From: Raillietiella orientalis | Taxonomy: Eukaryota | Assembly: GCA_036172245.1 (NCBI GenBank) | Contig: JAYWIR010000010.1 | Location: 3,038,001 to 3,102,000, forward strand | Direction: 5' to 3' | Length of the DNA stretch: 64,000 nucleotides | Part shown: one piece after another, positions 1 through 13,949 of the stretch | Position numbering within the stretch: the first letter of the stretch is position 1 | Layout of the letters: every line of letters begins with the position of its first letter | Made by a program: the position numbers and the translations under genes | Notes under the pieces: model-generated | Database searches by the model: none | Told to the model about the DNA's origin: nothing | What the model saw: only the letters and a program-made list of their open reading frames with translations

Positions 1-1042
1 GCGATAGGAAAACCCCCACTCATCTGCCTGATGGTGGTGTGGCTCCATCGGGTGCGAGAACCAATGGCCAACCTTGCTCTTCTCACTCCAGCAGACGGAT
101 GTGGAATCGTGGTTCAGTCTTGGGAACGTGCCCTTCGCAACAGGGATTCGAAAATTGAAACGAAATGAGATGCTCCGAGGTTGAGGTTTCTCCCGAGATC
201 ACTACTCCCAGCTTGCAGATGAAACTCGAAATTTCAAGTGAGTGCGCTGTTCTTCGGTATCTTTGAAAAGAGACCATGGGCGCGCTACTGGAAAACCGAT
301 GGAACGTGCAGTTCTTATGCAGATGTGATAGAAGGATGACCTATGTGAGGAACTTGGCAGACGCAGCAAAAGGAAATGCAATGGTGCTCCCTGAATGATA
401 ATAGCAAAGCAAACATACGCATGAAGAATAGATAGAAGTCAAAATGGAGAGCAATTCTAAGATCCACTCCATCGAGTAGAAAGATGGCCTCTATTTTTGA
501 AGGAATGCACATTGTGATCCTCCTTTGGAACCACCCAACGAGAACACTTTTTTTCAGCACATCCTGGAGGATAATACTGCGTTCCGAATAGAGACGAGGC
601 GAAAACGAATTCTTGGAAGCGGTATCATCAATACATTCTACAATGTCATGCAATTTTGAAACTTCTAGTCTCATGGCTTCTATCGCTCATCACCAGCATC
701 CCTAAGAGATGAGAGTTTGGTAGAGATACTGATTTAGGAAAATGCAGAACGAACGAAATTGCATACCCTTAATTAGGATCTGATTTGTTTAGTCAGTAAA
801 TGCCCCCAATTGATTCGAGGCATGAATGGGCCTCTGTGCTGTTGTCTTGTATACAGAATTAAGGCGCGATCTTTTTTTTTAAAAAAAAAAAAAAAAGATA
901 AAAATACTTCCTGCGTTACGGTGATTTTTAATGCTCTGAATTGAAGCCAATGGCAAAAAGCGGATTCACTGCGCATTTCACTGCATTCAGGTACGAGAAT
1001 TCGAAAATTCAATTCGATTTCATCCGAAGCTCAAGAACTTAC

Positions 1043-1187
1043 AGAAGACATTCATTTTCCAAAAGGAAGATACTCCTTCTTTTGACAAGTTGGGATTTTC
1101 GGCATGGCACTGAAGATGTTTTCCATGATGATGGGGAAGAGGAAGTATGGTTAGGTTACTGATTACAGTACCATTGACTAGAAATAC
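1043..1187 (-). CDS. Coding exon 7: C-half of Ig3, VFLVNGTVISNLTILPLPHHHGKHLQCHAENPNLSKEGVSSFWKMNVF
   Basis: Acceptor ttttcttccattctag|, donor TCT|gtaagt. 145 nt, phase 0 to 1. HGKxLxCxAENP motif. Not in the ORF track. Confidence 0.93.
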
Positions 1188-2882
1188 CTAGAATGGAAGA
1201 AAACTGCCATCTTATCAAATATAAAATCAACTTTCATTGATGTCAGACTACTGCATCCTTCGTAAAATGGCCGACAGTGCTCATGTAGTTATGATCACAC
1301 GCCGGTCTGCATCATGAAGTCAAAAAGTAAATCATAGAAACGGATTCCACGCGTTCATGCAAGATTCTGGTGTTCCCATGAAGTCACAAACGGTAAGGGA
1401 AACAGTTCAAGGAGGCAGCCAGTAAAATTCTGACTGCGTTGATAGGGAACGAGTGAAGGAGCATCATCCTACGTTGGGCATGTCAGCCGTCAGAAGAAAC
1501 AGAACCAGACGAGGCAGGAGATCATGAACGAGATCGGAGATTCACGGGGTTGGTGTGCGCATTTGTGCACCCCTATCAGTTTTGCTTAATGCAAATAACG
1601 AAATAAAATTCTGAATAAGACAAGGAGAAGCTGTAATTCAGGGGACCAACCAGGCATCTCTGGTTTGCGAAAGTGAAGACCATATTATTTAGATCTTAAG
1701 AGTAATCTTAAAATCTGCTCAGTTTGATTATGCAAGAGAAATACAAGGGATGCGAGCATTTTTCTCTTCTTTTGAATCTCACGATGCTAAATTGGAGTTG
1801 AGTAGCTGGTTATTTAAGAAAAAGAAAGTAAGTAGCTTTTCAACATGGCGCCTGTGTATCTCAAACGGCATGAAGAGTTCTTTGGCGCGACAACACATGC
1901 ACTTTATTCATTCTTCAGAAACGACTGCCAGATGGATGCATCCTGAGCAAGCAGAGCCTCACTGCTGTGAGGCTTGGCTTCTCGCGGCAGTTCACGCAGG
2001 CCGCTGTTGAGGAAGGACCCACAAAGCGAAAACGGAGGCGACACTCAATTCGGAAGAACATGAGACCATCTGCCATCGCTCATTGACGCAAGACGTGCTC
2101 AGGAAACACAAAAGGCGAGGGCTGGGAAGCATTCATCACTGCTGGCAGCGAAAAGAATGGCTGCGGATCTTCCCACTTGGCCGAAGAGACGCAGGAGCAG
2201 CAAAAAAAAAAAATTTCCGCCGTGAAAAGAGAAAGACCGCTGATGGGCGAAGTCGTGAATAGGAAGCTGCGAGTTCGGGACCACAACTCTGAACACGCTG
2301 GCCGAGAGAGGTGCCAGGCCACTTTTTGCGAGGGTCGTTCATCAGTCCGAGCTTGCAGCTGGGAATGCCAACCGCAGGGATTCCGCGCGCGAGTCCACCA
2401 AAGCAGCATCTTTTTGCTGGGCGGATGCGTTTCGCCAAGAGCATCTTTTCTCAGTGGGCTGAGATCTTTAGCCACTTGAGCTGGCATGAGCAAGTGCTTT
2501 CGCATGATGAGAGGGTTTAATTTTCCGATAAATGAAGTCTGTTTTGTTTCCCAAATGAGTTAGGTCATTTCAGGAGTTTCTGTCTCTTCATGGCACAAGG
2601 GAGTTTTTCCCACACCCTTCGAAATGCCGGGTGGCCTCGAGTGCTACTGTCTTGCTTTCACCACTAATGACGGTTCTTTATGTATCTGCGAATCTTGTGA
2701 AGAATGACCTCCCTTTTTGAATCAGTTTCTTGTTCGGTCCTCTTTGTGACCTTTGCTGAGCATACAAAAATATTCCCTCTTTTTAGGAACAAGGACTCAT
2801 CTTATCTGACTTTTTTGCTTTCGATGAAGCTCACTATCAGACGACGAAAAGCACTTTGAAAATGTCCCTAACGTAACACAGC

Positions 2883-2919
2883 CAAACCAAACCTCACCTT
2901 ACCTCACCTCACCTAACCT
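2883..2919 (+). repeat. Degenerate (NACCT)n pentamer run
   Basis: caaaccaaacctcaccttacctcacctcacctaacct. Confidence 0.7.
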
Positions 2920-2999
2920 TTGAAAGGTAATTTAAAAGATATAATTTGTGCAGTTAACCTCGAATATTTCATATGATCTGAATGCATTGAAAATTCCTC

Positions 3000-3380
3000 A
3001 GCATTCGACCAGTGCAAAGCGTCTGCTGTTGTAGTCGAAGAAGTGATGCGATTTCTGGGATTCCTCGTTTTATGATATCTTGATGGATTGTCTACGAGCA
3101 TGATGTATCATACTTTCTGTACTATTTTTTCCTTAGATTGAGCTCCGCTGGGAAACTGCTTGAAACATTCAGCACTTTCAGAGTTTCACTCAGAAAATAA
3201 CTTACGGAGAATTCTAGAATCCTGTTAGTTCTATTCAGCTTGAGATATCCAGGAAGTGACAACTTCCCCCATCTGTCGATGTTCAGAACTTCGATCCTTC
3301 TCATGGTGAGCATATGCAGCATCCTCTGATCACCATTGCAAACAACTACATTCCCGAAGATCCTCTCACTCAATGAATAA
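3000..3380 (-). mobile_element. Possible LINE AP-endonuclease relic
   Basis: LSLPGYLKLNRTNR..VSYFLSETL, then FDYNS (GDFN-like). Confidence 0.35.
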
Positions 3381-4779
3381 AAGGATCTTGATAAACCTCA
3401 TCTTCCCTTTTACGAATCTTTCTCTATCCTTCTCCTCTCACCAGCATAGCATAGTACGAGAATGTCGTTGTATTATTAACCCTGTCAAATTTGAGCTGTC
3501 ACGACTCTTGAGGCATTCTGCTAATTAGTTAGCTGAATAACTGGAACCGATTGATGCCATCACGTGCTTGAACGTGTCTCGACACACTGGAACACTGGAG
3601 GCTAAGTAATAACGCGCTGAATTTGCCACGAATGCATGATATGTTCTGGTTCTTTCAGAGGAACGACAGGATCTTCGTAAATTCCGGAGTCCAGGAACCG
3701 CGTGCTTGGCGAATGCGAATGACCCAGTCCATGAGCTGCAGCTCAGAGTGAGAATGAAACTGCTTGGAAGCAGGTTAACGGAACGTGGCATCCAGCGAAG
3801 ATGGCAAGCGAACGTGGTGCCTTTGCTTTTCCTTCTTCCGAGGTTGAGAGAAGTATGAATGCTGCTCACGCGATCTGCGTGAAGCAGATCCGAGGAAACG
3901 ACGAAATAACACATATCAATGAATCGTGATTACCGATTTCGTCTGAGGGATCACAAAGTATTTTGCCTATGACTAAAAGGGATGGGATTCCCCATAGGGA
4001 AGCACTCAGATCGAAGGAAAGCCATGCCCTGCTTTGGACAACACTCGTGCATTTAAGGCACGTCTTGTATACCGGGGATCATCTGTAGTTCTCCAGCCAC
4101 CGCTTCTTATACTTTGCTCGATTAAATCTACTGCCATTCAAAAGAACATTAAACTCGTCCAAGGGTTCACTCAGACGAAATCAGTGCTGCCGAAGAAGGA
4201 CATCTGAAAGCGTCCGTGCAGTTTGTGTGCTTGCTCTTTCCTCATTCAAAGTGTTCCGCTAACAAATCATGCCGCCGTGAAAATTCACTTCACGTAGAAA
4301 GCAGATTCGAGAAGTCGAAATCTAATCATCATCATTGCGATCCATTGTCACTATCACTCTACTCATCCTCGTGGTGAATCGATCAAGAGATGCGAGCTCA
4401 CAAGCATAGCTCAAAGCTCGAATTGAAAATGGCGATCGATTCGGACCATTTCCCTCCTCGCTTGGAACAGTCGCTTTTCCCCGTTCTTGGTCTCACTTCG
4501 CCGTACTTTGGTCCACCATCAGTGTCTTTTGCACGGTGCTATGCAGCGCTGCTCACTGGATTCTCACGGATTTGTGGTCGATGTAGCCTTTGGTCATCGA
4601 AAGGTCATTCCCGCGCTCATCCTGAACGCATCAACCATCCTCCAGGCGCAGGAGTGCTCTCCGAGGCAGAAGAGCGGAGGAGACCTTCGCAAGCTTCGTT
4701 CGTTGGATCGGTCACTCGCACGGGCAGCTCCTGAGAGCCGGAATTCTGAGAGACTCTTCCCCCCGATTCTAGGGTGCAC

Positions 4780-5455
4780 ACCTGGTGGCATCCTGTTCGA
4801 GCTGGCATCCAGCAATCCCGGTGGAAACACATGGCTTCGAGGAGTCTCTGAATCACGTCTCCGGTGCGAAGGAAGTTTCATCTTGGTTGGCAGAAACCAA
4901 CTGGCTATAAACCTAAGAGCATCCACCTGTGTCTTTCGCGAAAGAGGCTGCTCTGCTGTCATTCCCTCATATCGGGGACTGAAGCTTGGAAACCAAAGCG
5001 CCTACAGGATCCCAGAGACATCGTGATTGCTCATGTTCATGATCAAGAAAAAACGTAATGGAGCAACCTAACCGAGGACGTGACTCGAGGGAAAAGGGTG
5101 GCCTCTAATCAGCCAATCCCGGTAGGCGATCCGGAACTCCGCCCGAAGCTGATTGCTCCGAAACGAGAAAGGCAAGTCGTCTTCGATGTTGCCTACCCGT
5201 GTGAGAACGCTGAAGCAGCATTAGAAGAAGCTGCAAAGAGAAGCAAGGCAGGATGCATGGATCGATCTCTGTTTCTTGCCGACAGAGGAGCACCCGCACG
5301 CATGAGAGCGGCAAGATCCTGCGCAGCCTGTGACCCGAAGAATGACGAGTAGCTCAGTGACCTCGGCATCCTTCTCCCAAAGGCACGGACAAGAAGACAG
5401 CGTGAACCTACGTCTAGCGTGGATGGAAGAAGTATTGGAGACCTCATTCAAGGTC
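4780..5455 (+). mobile_element. Decayed 3' part of an RLE-type non-LTR retrotransposon (NeSL/Utopia/R2-like)
   Basis: Interrupted peptides FELASSNPGGNTWLRG..SFILVGRNQLAIN, ELRPKLIAPKRERQVVFDVAYPCENAEAALEEAAKRSK and CDPKNDE*LSDLGI. These resemble the RPD...D-V..PFE...K and GSWxxxN motifs of restriction-like endonucleases. Confidence 0.7.
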
Positions 5456-6625
5456 ATCGGTCAGGTTTGAGCCAGTCATTTTCAGTGAGCTCCTGATCCT
5501 ATTTCTCAACGGAAAAAAATTGTGGCAAGTCCTCTTAAGCATGCGTTGCGCTTGCCAAATTTGAGCAAATTTCTTGCAATACGAGTACGATCTCATGTGT
5601 TTCTAAGCGTTCTTCCACTATGGTCCGAATGTTCCGTGGCAGTTCACCCGTATGTAAAATAATGAATTTAGCGTGAGCTCCTCCCTTATGAACCTTCAGG
5701 GCGAATCTCAGAGCTCAAGCGAAACGTGAGATCCAGAACAACCAGCCAGAAAACTGTTCAAACATTCCAGGGAACCCAGGAGTTATTTTTTTTTTTTTTT
5801 TCCAGGAAAGCCAAATGTTCTTCACACAGAAATTGCTGGTGTGTGTACGATCTGGAATATATCCTGCTGAAACAGCTGAACGATGGAATTGCAATTTTGA
5901 AAGCGGGAACCACTGTTTTCTCCCAAGACTCTTTCACTTTTAGCGATCTCACATTTTTCATGCTTTTGCGAACGAAAGAACGAGAGGCTGCTTCACGGTA
6001 GTACAGAATTGAAAATTTTCGTTCTCCTGTTTTCTCGGTCTATGCAAATTTGGAATCCCTTCTGGCGCACATGCCCGCTCTGGACGGAAACGAAAGATGG
6101 AAGGAAAAAATTGCATTTGTGTTTCTGGAGCGGTTCATGTGGAATCCAGGAATGTTATGCCAATCCCAGAAATTGAAGAATGTTCCTGAGGAACGTATGA
6201 GCTGGTCTGTTTCGATTATCTGGAACAGCTGTAAGCTCTCGACGTCACCCTGACGGCATACAAACACTTCCAACACTTTGAGGAGATCTTCATCGCATCC
6301 GGAACGAAATGCAATCTTAACGCCTACGAACACTGTACCATCCGAAAAGGAAAAGAAAGAAGGTCGTCCAGCAAGCGGTGGGGTTTCGAAACAGGAAGAA
6401 TCGAATCTTTGATACCGAAATCTTCTATTTATCTCGATTCTTCCCGTTCCCCTCCAGTCGTATTTTCTGTTCGAAAGCACGTTTAGCTCTTGGAGATTTA
6501 GGCTTGAAAGATGCGTTTGCAATGAAAAACGAGAACTGTGGTCCTCGGAGCTTGCAAAAGAAAACCAAGCAGCTTCGCAACGAAGACTTTCATGGCTAAT
6601 AGTAGATAATCTACTTTCATCTTAC

Positions 6626-6777
6626 CTTCTGCGTGTGGTTGCAGACTTTTTCCACACCGATGGTCCAAGAGATGTTTGCCGGAGGAACAGAGCCCCACGA
6701 CTTGCACACTATGTGGGTCTCTTGGCCGGCGAAAAGGTGTTCCTGTTCGATAATTATTTGAGTGGCGATTGGTTCCA
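6626..6777 (-). CDS. Coding exon 6: N-half of Ig3, (L)EPIATQIII...LFAGQETHIVCKSWGSVPPANISWTIGVEKVCNHTQK
   Basis: Acceptor ttctgtatttcag|, donor AAG|gtaaga. 152 nt, phase 1 to 0. Confidence 0.95.
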
Positions 6778-7899
6778 CTGAAATACAGAATTTATCAAGA
6801 AAACGAACCAGCTTCTTGTCTTTGCAGTCACACCAGGGTCTCATGGTTTAACACAGAACAGAACAATCACCTTCTCCTGAGAAAACGATCTATTTCCATT
6901 TTAGCAAACATTACAGCACCTGAAAAGTCTTATTCTTAAGACCTCAGCTATGAGAAGAACTTTTCGAACACAGAGGTTATCGTCGCAGGAAGCAGATTTT
7001 TCAAAAAAAAAAAGACTCGCACTAATAAAGCTCCTTGCTGGAGAACATCTTGTTCTCATACATTCTCCGTGGTTTCCAGATATTTTAGGTTTGTTTGTCT
7101 GTCACGGAAGTGCAAAGAGAATGCCACAAAAACAATCATTGCCTTGAAGGTTGAAAGTACACGAACCTTTCCTTGACGAAATCAAAAAGACAAGCGATTA
7201 TTTGCAGTATGTCTGTAAAAGTAAGGAGCTTCGCGTTGGCTTTCGGCCTTACGTTCTGCAGATGGAAGCTGCAGGACCGGAATGTACGAAGAGAAGAAAG
7301 CTTTAGGGGTCTCAACCAAAAGCACAACGACGTAGTTGTTTCTGCTACCTCCGAACACCGAAAGGTGTCGAAAAACACGCTTTGCAGGGCTGAAAGGATC
7401 AGTTTCAAGTGGAGGGAAAATATTCTCGATGCAAATATGGCCGGAGAGAAAGATAGGTCACAAACACAGTGGAAGTCGCTGGTGAAAAGTCCTCTCTCTA
7501 TTCTGCTTGCATCCACGCCAAATGGTCAATTCAGTAGCCATCTTCTGTCTGGATTTGGCAAGATAATTAATGAGCATATAATGCTTCAGCAGGAAGCAAA
7601 TGTGGAAAAGGATAGCGGGAATTTTTTCCTATTACGCCAGTTACCATTACTGCAAGGCTGCGAGAATAACTAGTGTCAATTGCTCTTGTAGCTCTCTTGA
7701 GGAACAAGAAAGCTCAGTACCTAATGAAAGAGTTGCTGTCTACGTAGTCGAGAGTCCACAATAGTCCACAGCTGCATCTACTGAATTCTTTTCTCTTTTT
7801 TGTTCTGTTCTGTAGCTAATCTAAGGTCAATTCATGTTAGCCGGCAACGAACTGTCCAGGTTCAGTCAGATGGATCCAATGAGAAAACATACCAGGAAA

Positions 7900-8330
7900 G
7901 CATTTCACATTCCTTCAACTCATCTTCAGGAATATGCTTTTTTGTCCCCAAAAAAATTCCTAAGCGATTACTCTTTCCAGGCCACTATAAATTAAAAAAG
8001 GCCAATAATGATGTATTCTGATCCTTGTTTAATCTTCAGTCTAAACATTTCTGTCTCTTCTGATCTATTTTTAGTAAGTAATATTTATTTCTATTCCTCG
8101 ACACTGAGCTCATCTGTTCACCATTGCTTATGATTCCCGTGTCACAGATGGACTTCCTATTTCCTATCCATCCAGGCATTAATGTCTTAGCACGGGTGTT
8201 TCCTGGAGACATAGGAAGGGCATTTGCATCCCTCGTGAAATCCCCGGTTTCAGAATAGGCAAATTGCATGTAATCTTCAGGATATTGATTGGATTTAGAC
8301 TGCATACGCTTTCATTGAGATTTATTAGAT
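7900..8330 (-). mobile_element. LINE AP-endonuclease relic
   Basis: VCSLNPINIL...PFLCLQET (APE N-terminal motifs), then EMFRLKIKQGSEYIIIGLF. Confidence 0.45.
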
Positions 8331-9166
8331 CACATCTCTGCTGAAGAATTCCTATTGGTTGTCCACAGGTTGTATACACTATTTATTAGAACCCTCATTG
8401 AGTTCAGGAACTTCAGGTTTGATTAGCTTTCCTTAGAGAAGACACCCAGATGTTGCCATAACGACCATTGGAAACTAGCCCTCATCTTCGAGTCTCTCGG
8501 AAAATTCAAGATGCTAACTATGAAATCGAGGGTTTCTTGTAAGAACAATTACTTCAGTCGGGAGGCACCTTCAGGAGCTGAAGGAAACGTAGTGATGTTT
8601 TAACTGGAAAGGACTGAGATTGAACCTTCCAAGAAGAGTGCAGAAGCACAGCTAACGTTCAGCACGGAGCGGAAAACTGTTGGGAAGGCTGGCGATTTGG
8701 TGGATGAGAAGATGATGGCTCTTAATAAAGTAAGCAAGATCACCAAACATTCCAGGTTGGAGGAACGAAATTGGCCCTGGAAATGGCAATTCAATGTGTT
8801 CCAGAAGAGACCACTTTTAAAAGTCACGAAAGGGTGAAAAGGTTTGGATTCTAACGAACTGTACTATCAACATATAGTAACCTGTCCACTCTAGAAACTG
8901 GTCACCGACGCTTGCAGGATTTTCCAGTTTCCAAAGTTCTAGGGTTTTCTGGACATTTGCGTTGTCATGCAAACAGCAGGAAGAACAGTTCGAGAGTTAG
9001 CCTTGACGTCCAAATTCCTTTCAAGATAAGAAAAGAAATACTAAATGGGGAAAGCTTTCCTATCAGGCGAGAAAACAGAAGAATTCAGGATGAACTCGTA
9101 TGGAAACGCGATGCGAGGTGGCCAGGGACTCCCAAAAGCGGCCAAGGGGCAATGAGCTCTACTTAC

Positions 9167-9370
9167 GTACAAGTTCCAGTGTGATGTGCTTCTGAATAGG
9201 CACACTGTCGTCACTGTTGCTCGCATGGCAGGAGAACTTCACGTTATGGTCCGAACGCTTCAGCTTTTTGATAGACATTACGTTCCTCTGGGTTCCATTC
9301 TCACGTAGAATCTTCGCATCTTTGTACAGGGCGTTTTCCCTGTACCATGTAACCACCGGAACGGGATTTC
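9167..9370 (-). CDS. Coding exon 5: C-half of Ig2, NPVPVVTWYREN...DHNVKFSCHASNSDDSVPIQKHITLELV
   Basis: Acceptor ctgtgttttag|, donor TAC|gtaagt. 204 nt, phase 1 to 1. Confidence 0.95.
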
Positions 9371-11749
9371 CTAAAACACAGTTTGCTGGTGGCGATGCTC
9401 GCATTATCGTGGCACGAGCAGTCTTTGTGCGTGGATGAGTGAGCAGCGGCAACCATCCTTCAGCTGCTTGCTTGAAGAGGGGGGCAGTTCGAGACGCATC
9501 AGAGACGATGGCGATAGAAATGGCGTGGTCTGAATGGATGCTCAAGGTCCACCGTCTCCTATGTTTCGAGAAGTGTATCATTGCATAGTGTTCTCTCCTC
9601 AGAGAATGGAATTGGAGCCATTTTCGCTCGGGTTTGCACTTCTAACCCAGCACGGTAAAAGAGAAACTCAGATGCTAGCCGGACCGACAAGCGCAATTCT
9701 GGAGAAGAACCGTTCGCACTCTTTTCTAGGAGTCCCAATGTCCGTGTTCTCTAGAGGAATTCTAGCTCATTCTATCCCTCTATTCTATTCTTCTTCTATC
9801 CCTCGACCTGATGGATGCCAGGTTCCATCCTCTTCCGTTGGAAGTCTCGTCTCGCAGCAGAGAGCATCTACTCAGTTCAGAAACACCTGTGGCCAGCCAC
9901 CTATCGAATTGCTCCTTCCTCTAACCCCAATGAGCACTACACGTCCCTCATCTCACAAGTCCACCTCCGACTTCAGAGTGCGTTCTTTTGTTTCTTTGAC
10001 AAATTTCTGTCCCAAGAAGCACATTTTTGGCTGCAGCACCCTGAACTCCAGAACTCATATCGGTTCCTGGAACCCCAAATTCCATCCGGCAAAGCAAATG
10101 AACACATGGAAAGGATATGATTATCTCCTGGAACTAACAGGAGGGAGTTTCCTTGGTGTTTCTCCCAATAGCGGCATTCTTTTTATGAATCGCTCCCTGC
10201 ATCTCAAGGTCTCTGTAGCTTCTAACTCTCCCTCCACTTCCGATACCTCTCCATTGTACAGTTAGAGGATGTTTCGAGGACCTTTTTTTTACCGATCTGA
10301 ATTTCGAAATGCGTCTCAGCTGAGAAGATTGTGCCGCAGAAGTGCTTTTCCCAACTGGCCCTGATGCGCACACCTGTCGTCTTCCTTCCCATCTTGCCAC
10401 CACTTTCAGATGGAGTTTGCAGGAAGCCGAAAATGAAGCAAAAGTACTTTCACGGTCAGAGGGAACCACGAGCGGGAATGAAAAGGGTGAGAAGGGAGCC
10501 CAGTCTCATAGCAATAGCAGGAAGAACTCGGCGCCCACAACGAAAAGAACCTTTTGAGGATGCGAACGAAGAAATTCTCTCACGCGAGTGCGCCAGCAAC
10601 TTCTGAAACGTGATTAGCGCGTGCCTTTCACGTCTTCCATTTCCAACGAGGCCTTCGACCTTGATCTGGTGACCTTGGATGTGGATTGGACTGGAAACGA
10701 CAGGCTCAATGTGCCTCCTTCTACAGAAGACATTTTCAGTAGTGCCGTGACCACTCTCAGGATGAGGTTGCGTCTCTTCCACAGAGTCGAGTGTTGTGCC
10801 GAACCGAGAGGAAGGTCGGAGGTCGTCCAGCATCCTCTCGAAAGTGAGTTTTTTTTTTTTTTACAGATCCGTATGGCGGAGGAGGGAAAAAGAGGTTTTC
10901 GGAGGTCCGAGTGGGCTCCGTTCCTCTTGCATCTCTTCTTCTTCTTAGACTGATGCTGATTAATCGAATTTCTGAAGAGAAGTAGCGTTCCGCAGAGATC
11001 TCAGTAACGTTTATTCAGCAGTACCACGATTCCTGCTGCAGCAGTGCCAGCGGAGACCTTCTGTGGCTGCCTCTGTTCGAGTCATTGAGCACAGCAGGCT
11101 GATAATGATGGATTGCAGCTCCAGTGCCGCTCTCGACAGAAAGGAAACTCGCGAATCAGAACAAGAAAAAAGAAAATGCCTCTTTAGGTATGGAGGATTG
11201 AAAAGCCTGAAGTTCCGGTGGCATCCTGTGCGTCCCGCCTGGAAGCACTGAGGCTGCATCCACGAGAAAAAACAGAAGCAGATGGCACCACACGCTGATT
11301 GTCTTCCCATCAAACGAGGCGACAAAAGAATGAGAAAACCCTAATGCGCCCTGAAATCAAGCTGTCGAGGATTCTTTTCCCTCCAAAAGCTTCATTCAGA
11401 TGCCGATGCTCTAGGATCTTTGGTGAAGTTGACGCTCCCAGGTTTCACCGAGCTGGAATCCCATGCTGCCAAGAAGAAATCATCATTTCTTCATTCCACT
11501 GTTATTCTTTTCCCTTGATCAGCTCGCAGCATCAAAAAGAATGGGGAGCAATGAAACACCTCGACAGGGAGCTTATTAACACCGAAGCATAATGCAAACT
11601 TTTCGGAGGAAGGGGAGGGAAGCGCCCTTAATTTTCCAGCCTCGATAATCTTTTCCACAAGCTTGGATGTCAGAAGCTCGACTGTTTACGATAACGTGCC
11701 CTTCGTAACCCCATAACGGAACGATTTGCTGGAAATTGTGCTTCCTGTG

Positions 11750-13000
11750 TCTGCCAGGATGAGCGACTACTTGTTATGCAATTTTCACGGAGAAGCATCC
11801 AATTAGAAATCCCCATTTGTGAGTGAATTGAAATTGTCCCTGGATAGCACATCTTTAAGAAATTTTCGCGAACATGTGCAGTAAATGCGCAGGGAAAATC
11901 TCTCAGGGATCAACCACTTGCAACAGCTTGGAGTAGGAGAGGAAGTACTGCAGGATTTGGGGAGACAGGGAGATCCCTGCTCCCAATAGAGAGGCTCTGA
12001 TTCTCTGATTTCCATAGCGAAATGCCTGAAGCACCTTCAGAGAGATTTCTCAAAACGGAATGGCAATCCACTTCAGCCTCCGTGGTCGCGGACGGATGCG
12101 GAGCGAAGTTGCTGGCCGAGTGTAGCAAAATCTTCGCGAATGAGCCGAGCCGACGTCTCCATGTGAATCGAAATCAGCATAACCAAAAAACTGAGGCATT
12201 TTTTGCACAATTTGTCTCTCGTGATCAGCAAAAATCAAGGCTTCTTGTACTCGCAGACGTTTTGGAGGTTATAGGAAATCGTGAACTGAGAGAAAACTCT
12301 AAGTATTTGATGTCAGAAAACGTTGGGGTTCTCTTGGGTCACTCATTCGAGTCGGATTCCTTCGAGAGTTTTAAGTTTGGCTCTGTGCCCTTACAGTGCC
12401 GTCTAAAGATCTCCACTTAGTGCACTCTTTCAAGTGGTTTTCCTCGGCCTCATTAACGTACCGATTTTCTCTGACACGCTTCGTTTTTCTTTCTTTTGCA
12501 TCCTCTTGGCCTGTTGATCTGCGCATGGACCTTTTTTCGATGCTTCAAGCAAAAACATGTGTATTCAGACTTCCTTATGGATGATGGTGATGTAAAACGC
12601 ACACATTTCTTTCCGTTTTGAAACACTTAAAACAGAAGCGAGCAGCCTCGATTAAGAACAAAGTCCTTCCTCAGGACCAAAAGTGATCGACTTGCTTCCA
12701 GCTTTCTTCTTGGCCTAAAAATCAACAGATGCCCGTCCAAAAAGAAGATTCTTTCACCACTTCTAAATGAGTTTCCGAAAAGGAGGAAGAATTTGATGCT
12801 GGAATCCTTGACGACGAACAAGCACGGCCATCCTTTACGTAATCCTTCCTTTGCCTCATCAAAATTATGAGGGGACAATGGCAAAATGGACCCGAAAAGG
12901 TCGATTTCCAAATTAAGAGCAGCAACGAAGAATTCTATTTGTGGCAAATCAAGTACTCATTTTGGAGAAGTTCTCATCTTTTCGTCTTCAGATTGAAAAA
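11750..13000 (-). mobile_element. Probable BEL/Pao gag-protease relic
   Basis: LPQIEFFVAALNLEI...ILPLSPHNFDEAKEGL (DUF1759-like), then RKDFVLNRGC, then DVGSAHSRRFCYTRPATSLRIRP (protease-like). The order is as expected but the sequence is very degenerate. Confidence 0.4.
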
Positions 13001-13949
13001 TCGGAGACTCTTTATGAATAAAGGACACTAACTAGATTGATAACATGCTCATTTCTTTTGCAATTTGGTTTTCCTTCACATGCTCTTCAGCTAAGATTGT
13101 TTTGAAATCGATTTTGTCTGTAATTTACAATGCTGCTGTGTTTATGAATCCACTAAATTTGCATCACCATCCGAGTACAAAACAATGTAATGTCTTCTGA
13201 GAAATCAAAGATCCTCTTAGTTTCCATCCATATTGCGGGTTCAGCAACGTTATCTTTGCCATCTTATCTTTCAAGATATGGTGACGATGGTGATATCCGT
13301 AGCCGCTTCCTATGATGATTGTGGTCTCATTCACTTTCTTTCTTGTCAGCATTACTTACAAAGGATATTTGCCATTCACTGCTTCCACGTAAGAATCCTT
13401 GAATTCCAGACACTCACTGCATCTCTTCATTTCTTGATCAAAGATCAAGTGCAGGATGATAGTTTCTTCTCATAGTTTCTTCTAAAGGACGATCATGTTG
13501 CTGGGTCCACTGATACCATGGGGCGTAACAGAACAACTTCCAGCATGGAAGCGTAGCAACGTAAGCCAGTTTCTTCCGTGCAAGATTTCGCACTGGTCAA
13601 TTGAGAATTTCATGAGCAATTTCATTAGCAAGTTCATTAAGGGATTCGCAAAGACAGAAAGCAGATCGTTTTCATCCCAAAATCTACAAACACTCGAGGA
13701 CACCGAGATAGGGAAGCCGAGACTCTCTCGGCAAATGTGATCTCTTCCTTGTTTCTCTCACGTTCTTCATTTATTCAAGAGATGTCCATTCGAAAAATGA
13801 GGCAAGATACAGGAATATATTCTTGGAACTCAATCACAAGGCCTTCGGATGAATTGAAACCACGAAGCCGCCATCAGACCGATTCGTTCACACAGTGATG
13901 GTTTGAAACTCTTATTCTTTTTCTTGCTTCGTGAGAGAGGTTGATCGGT

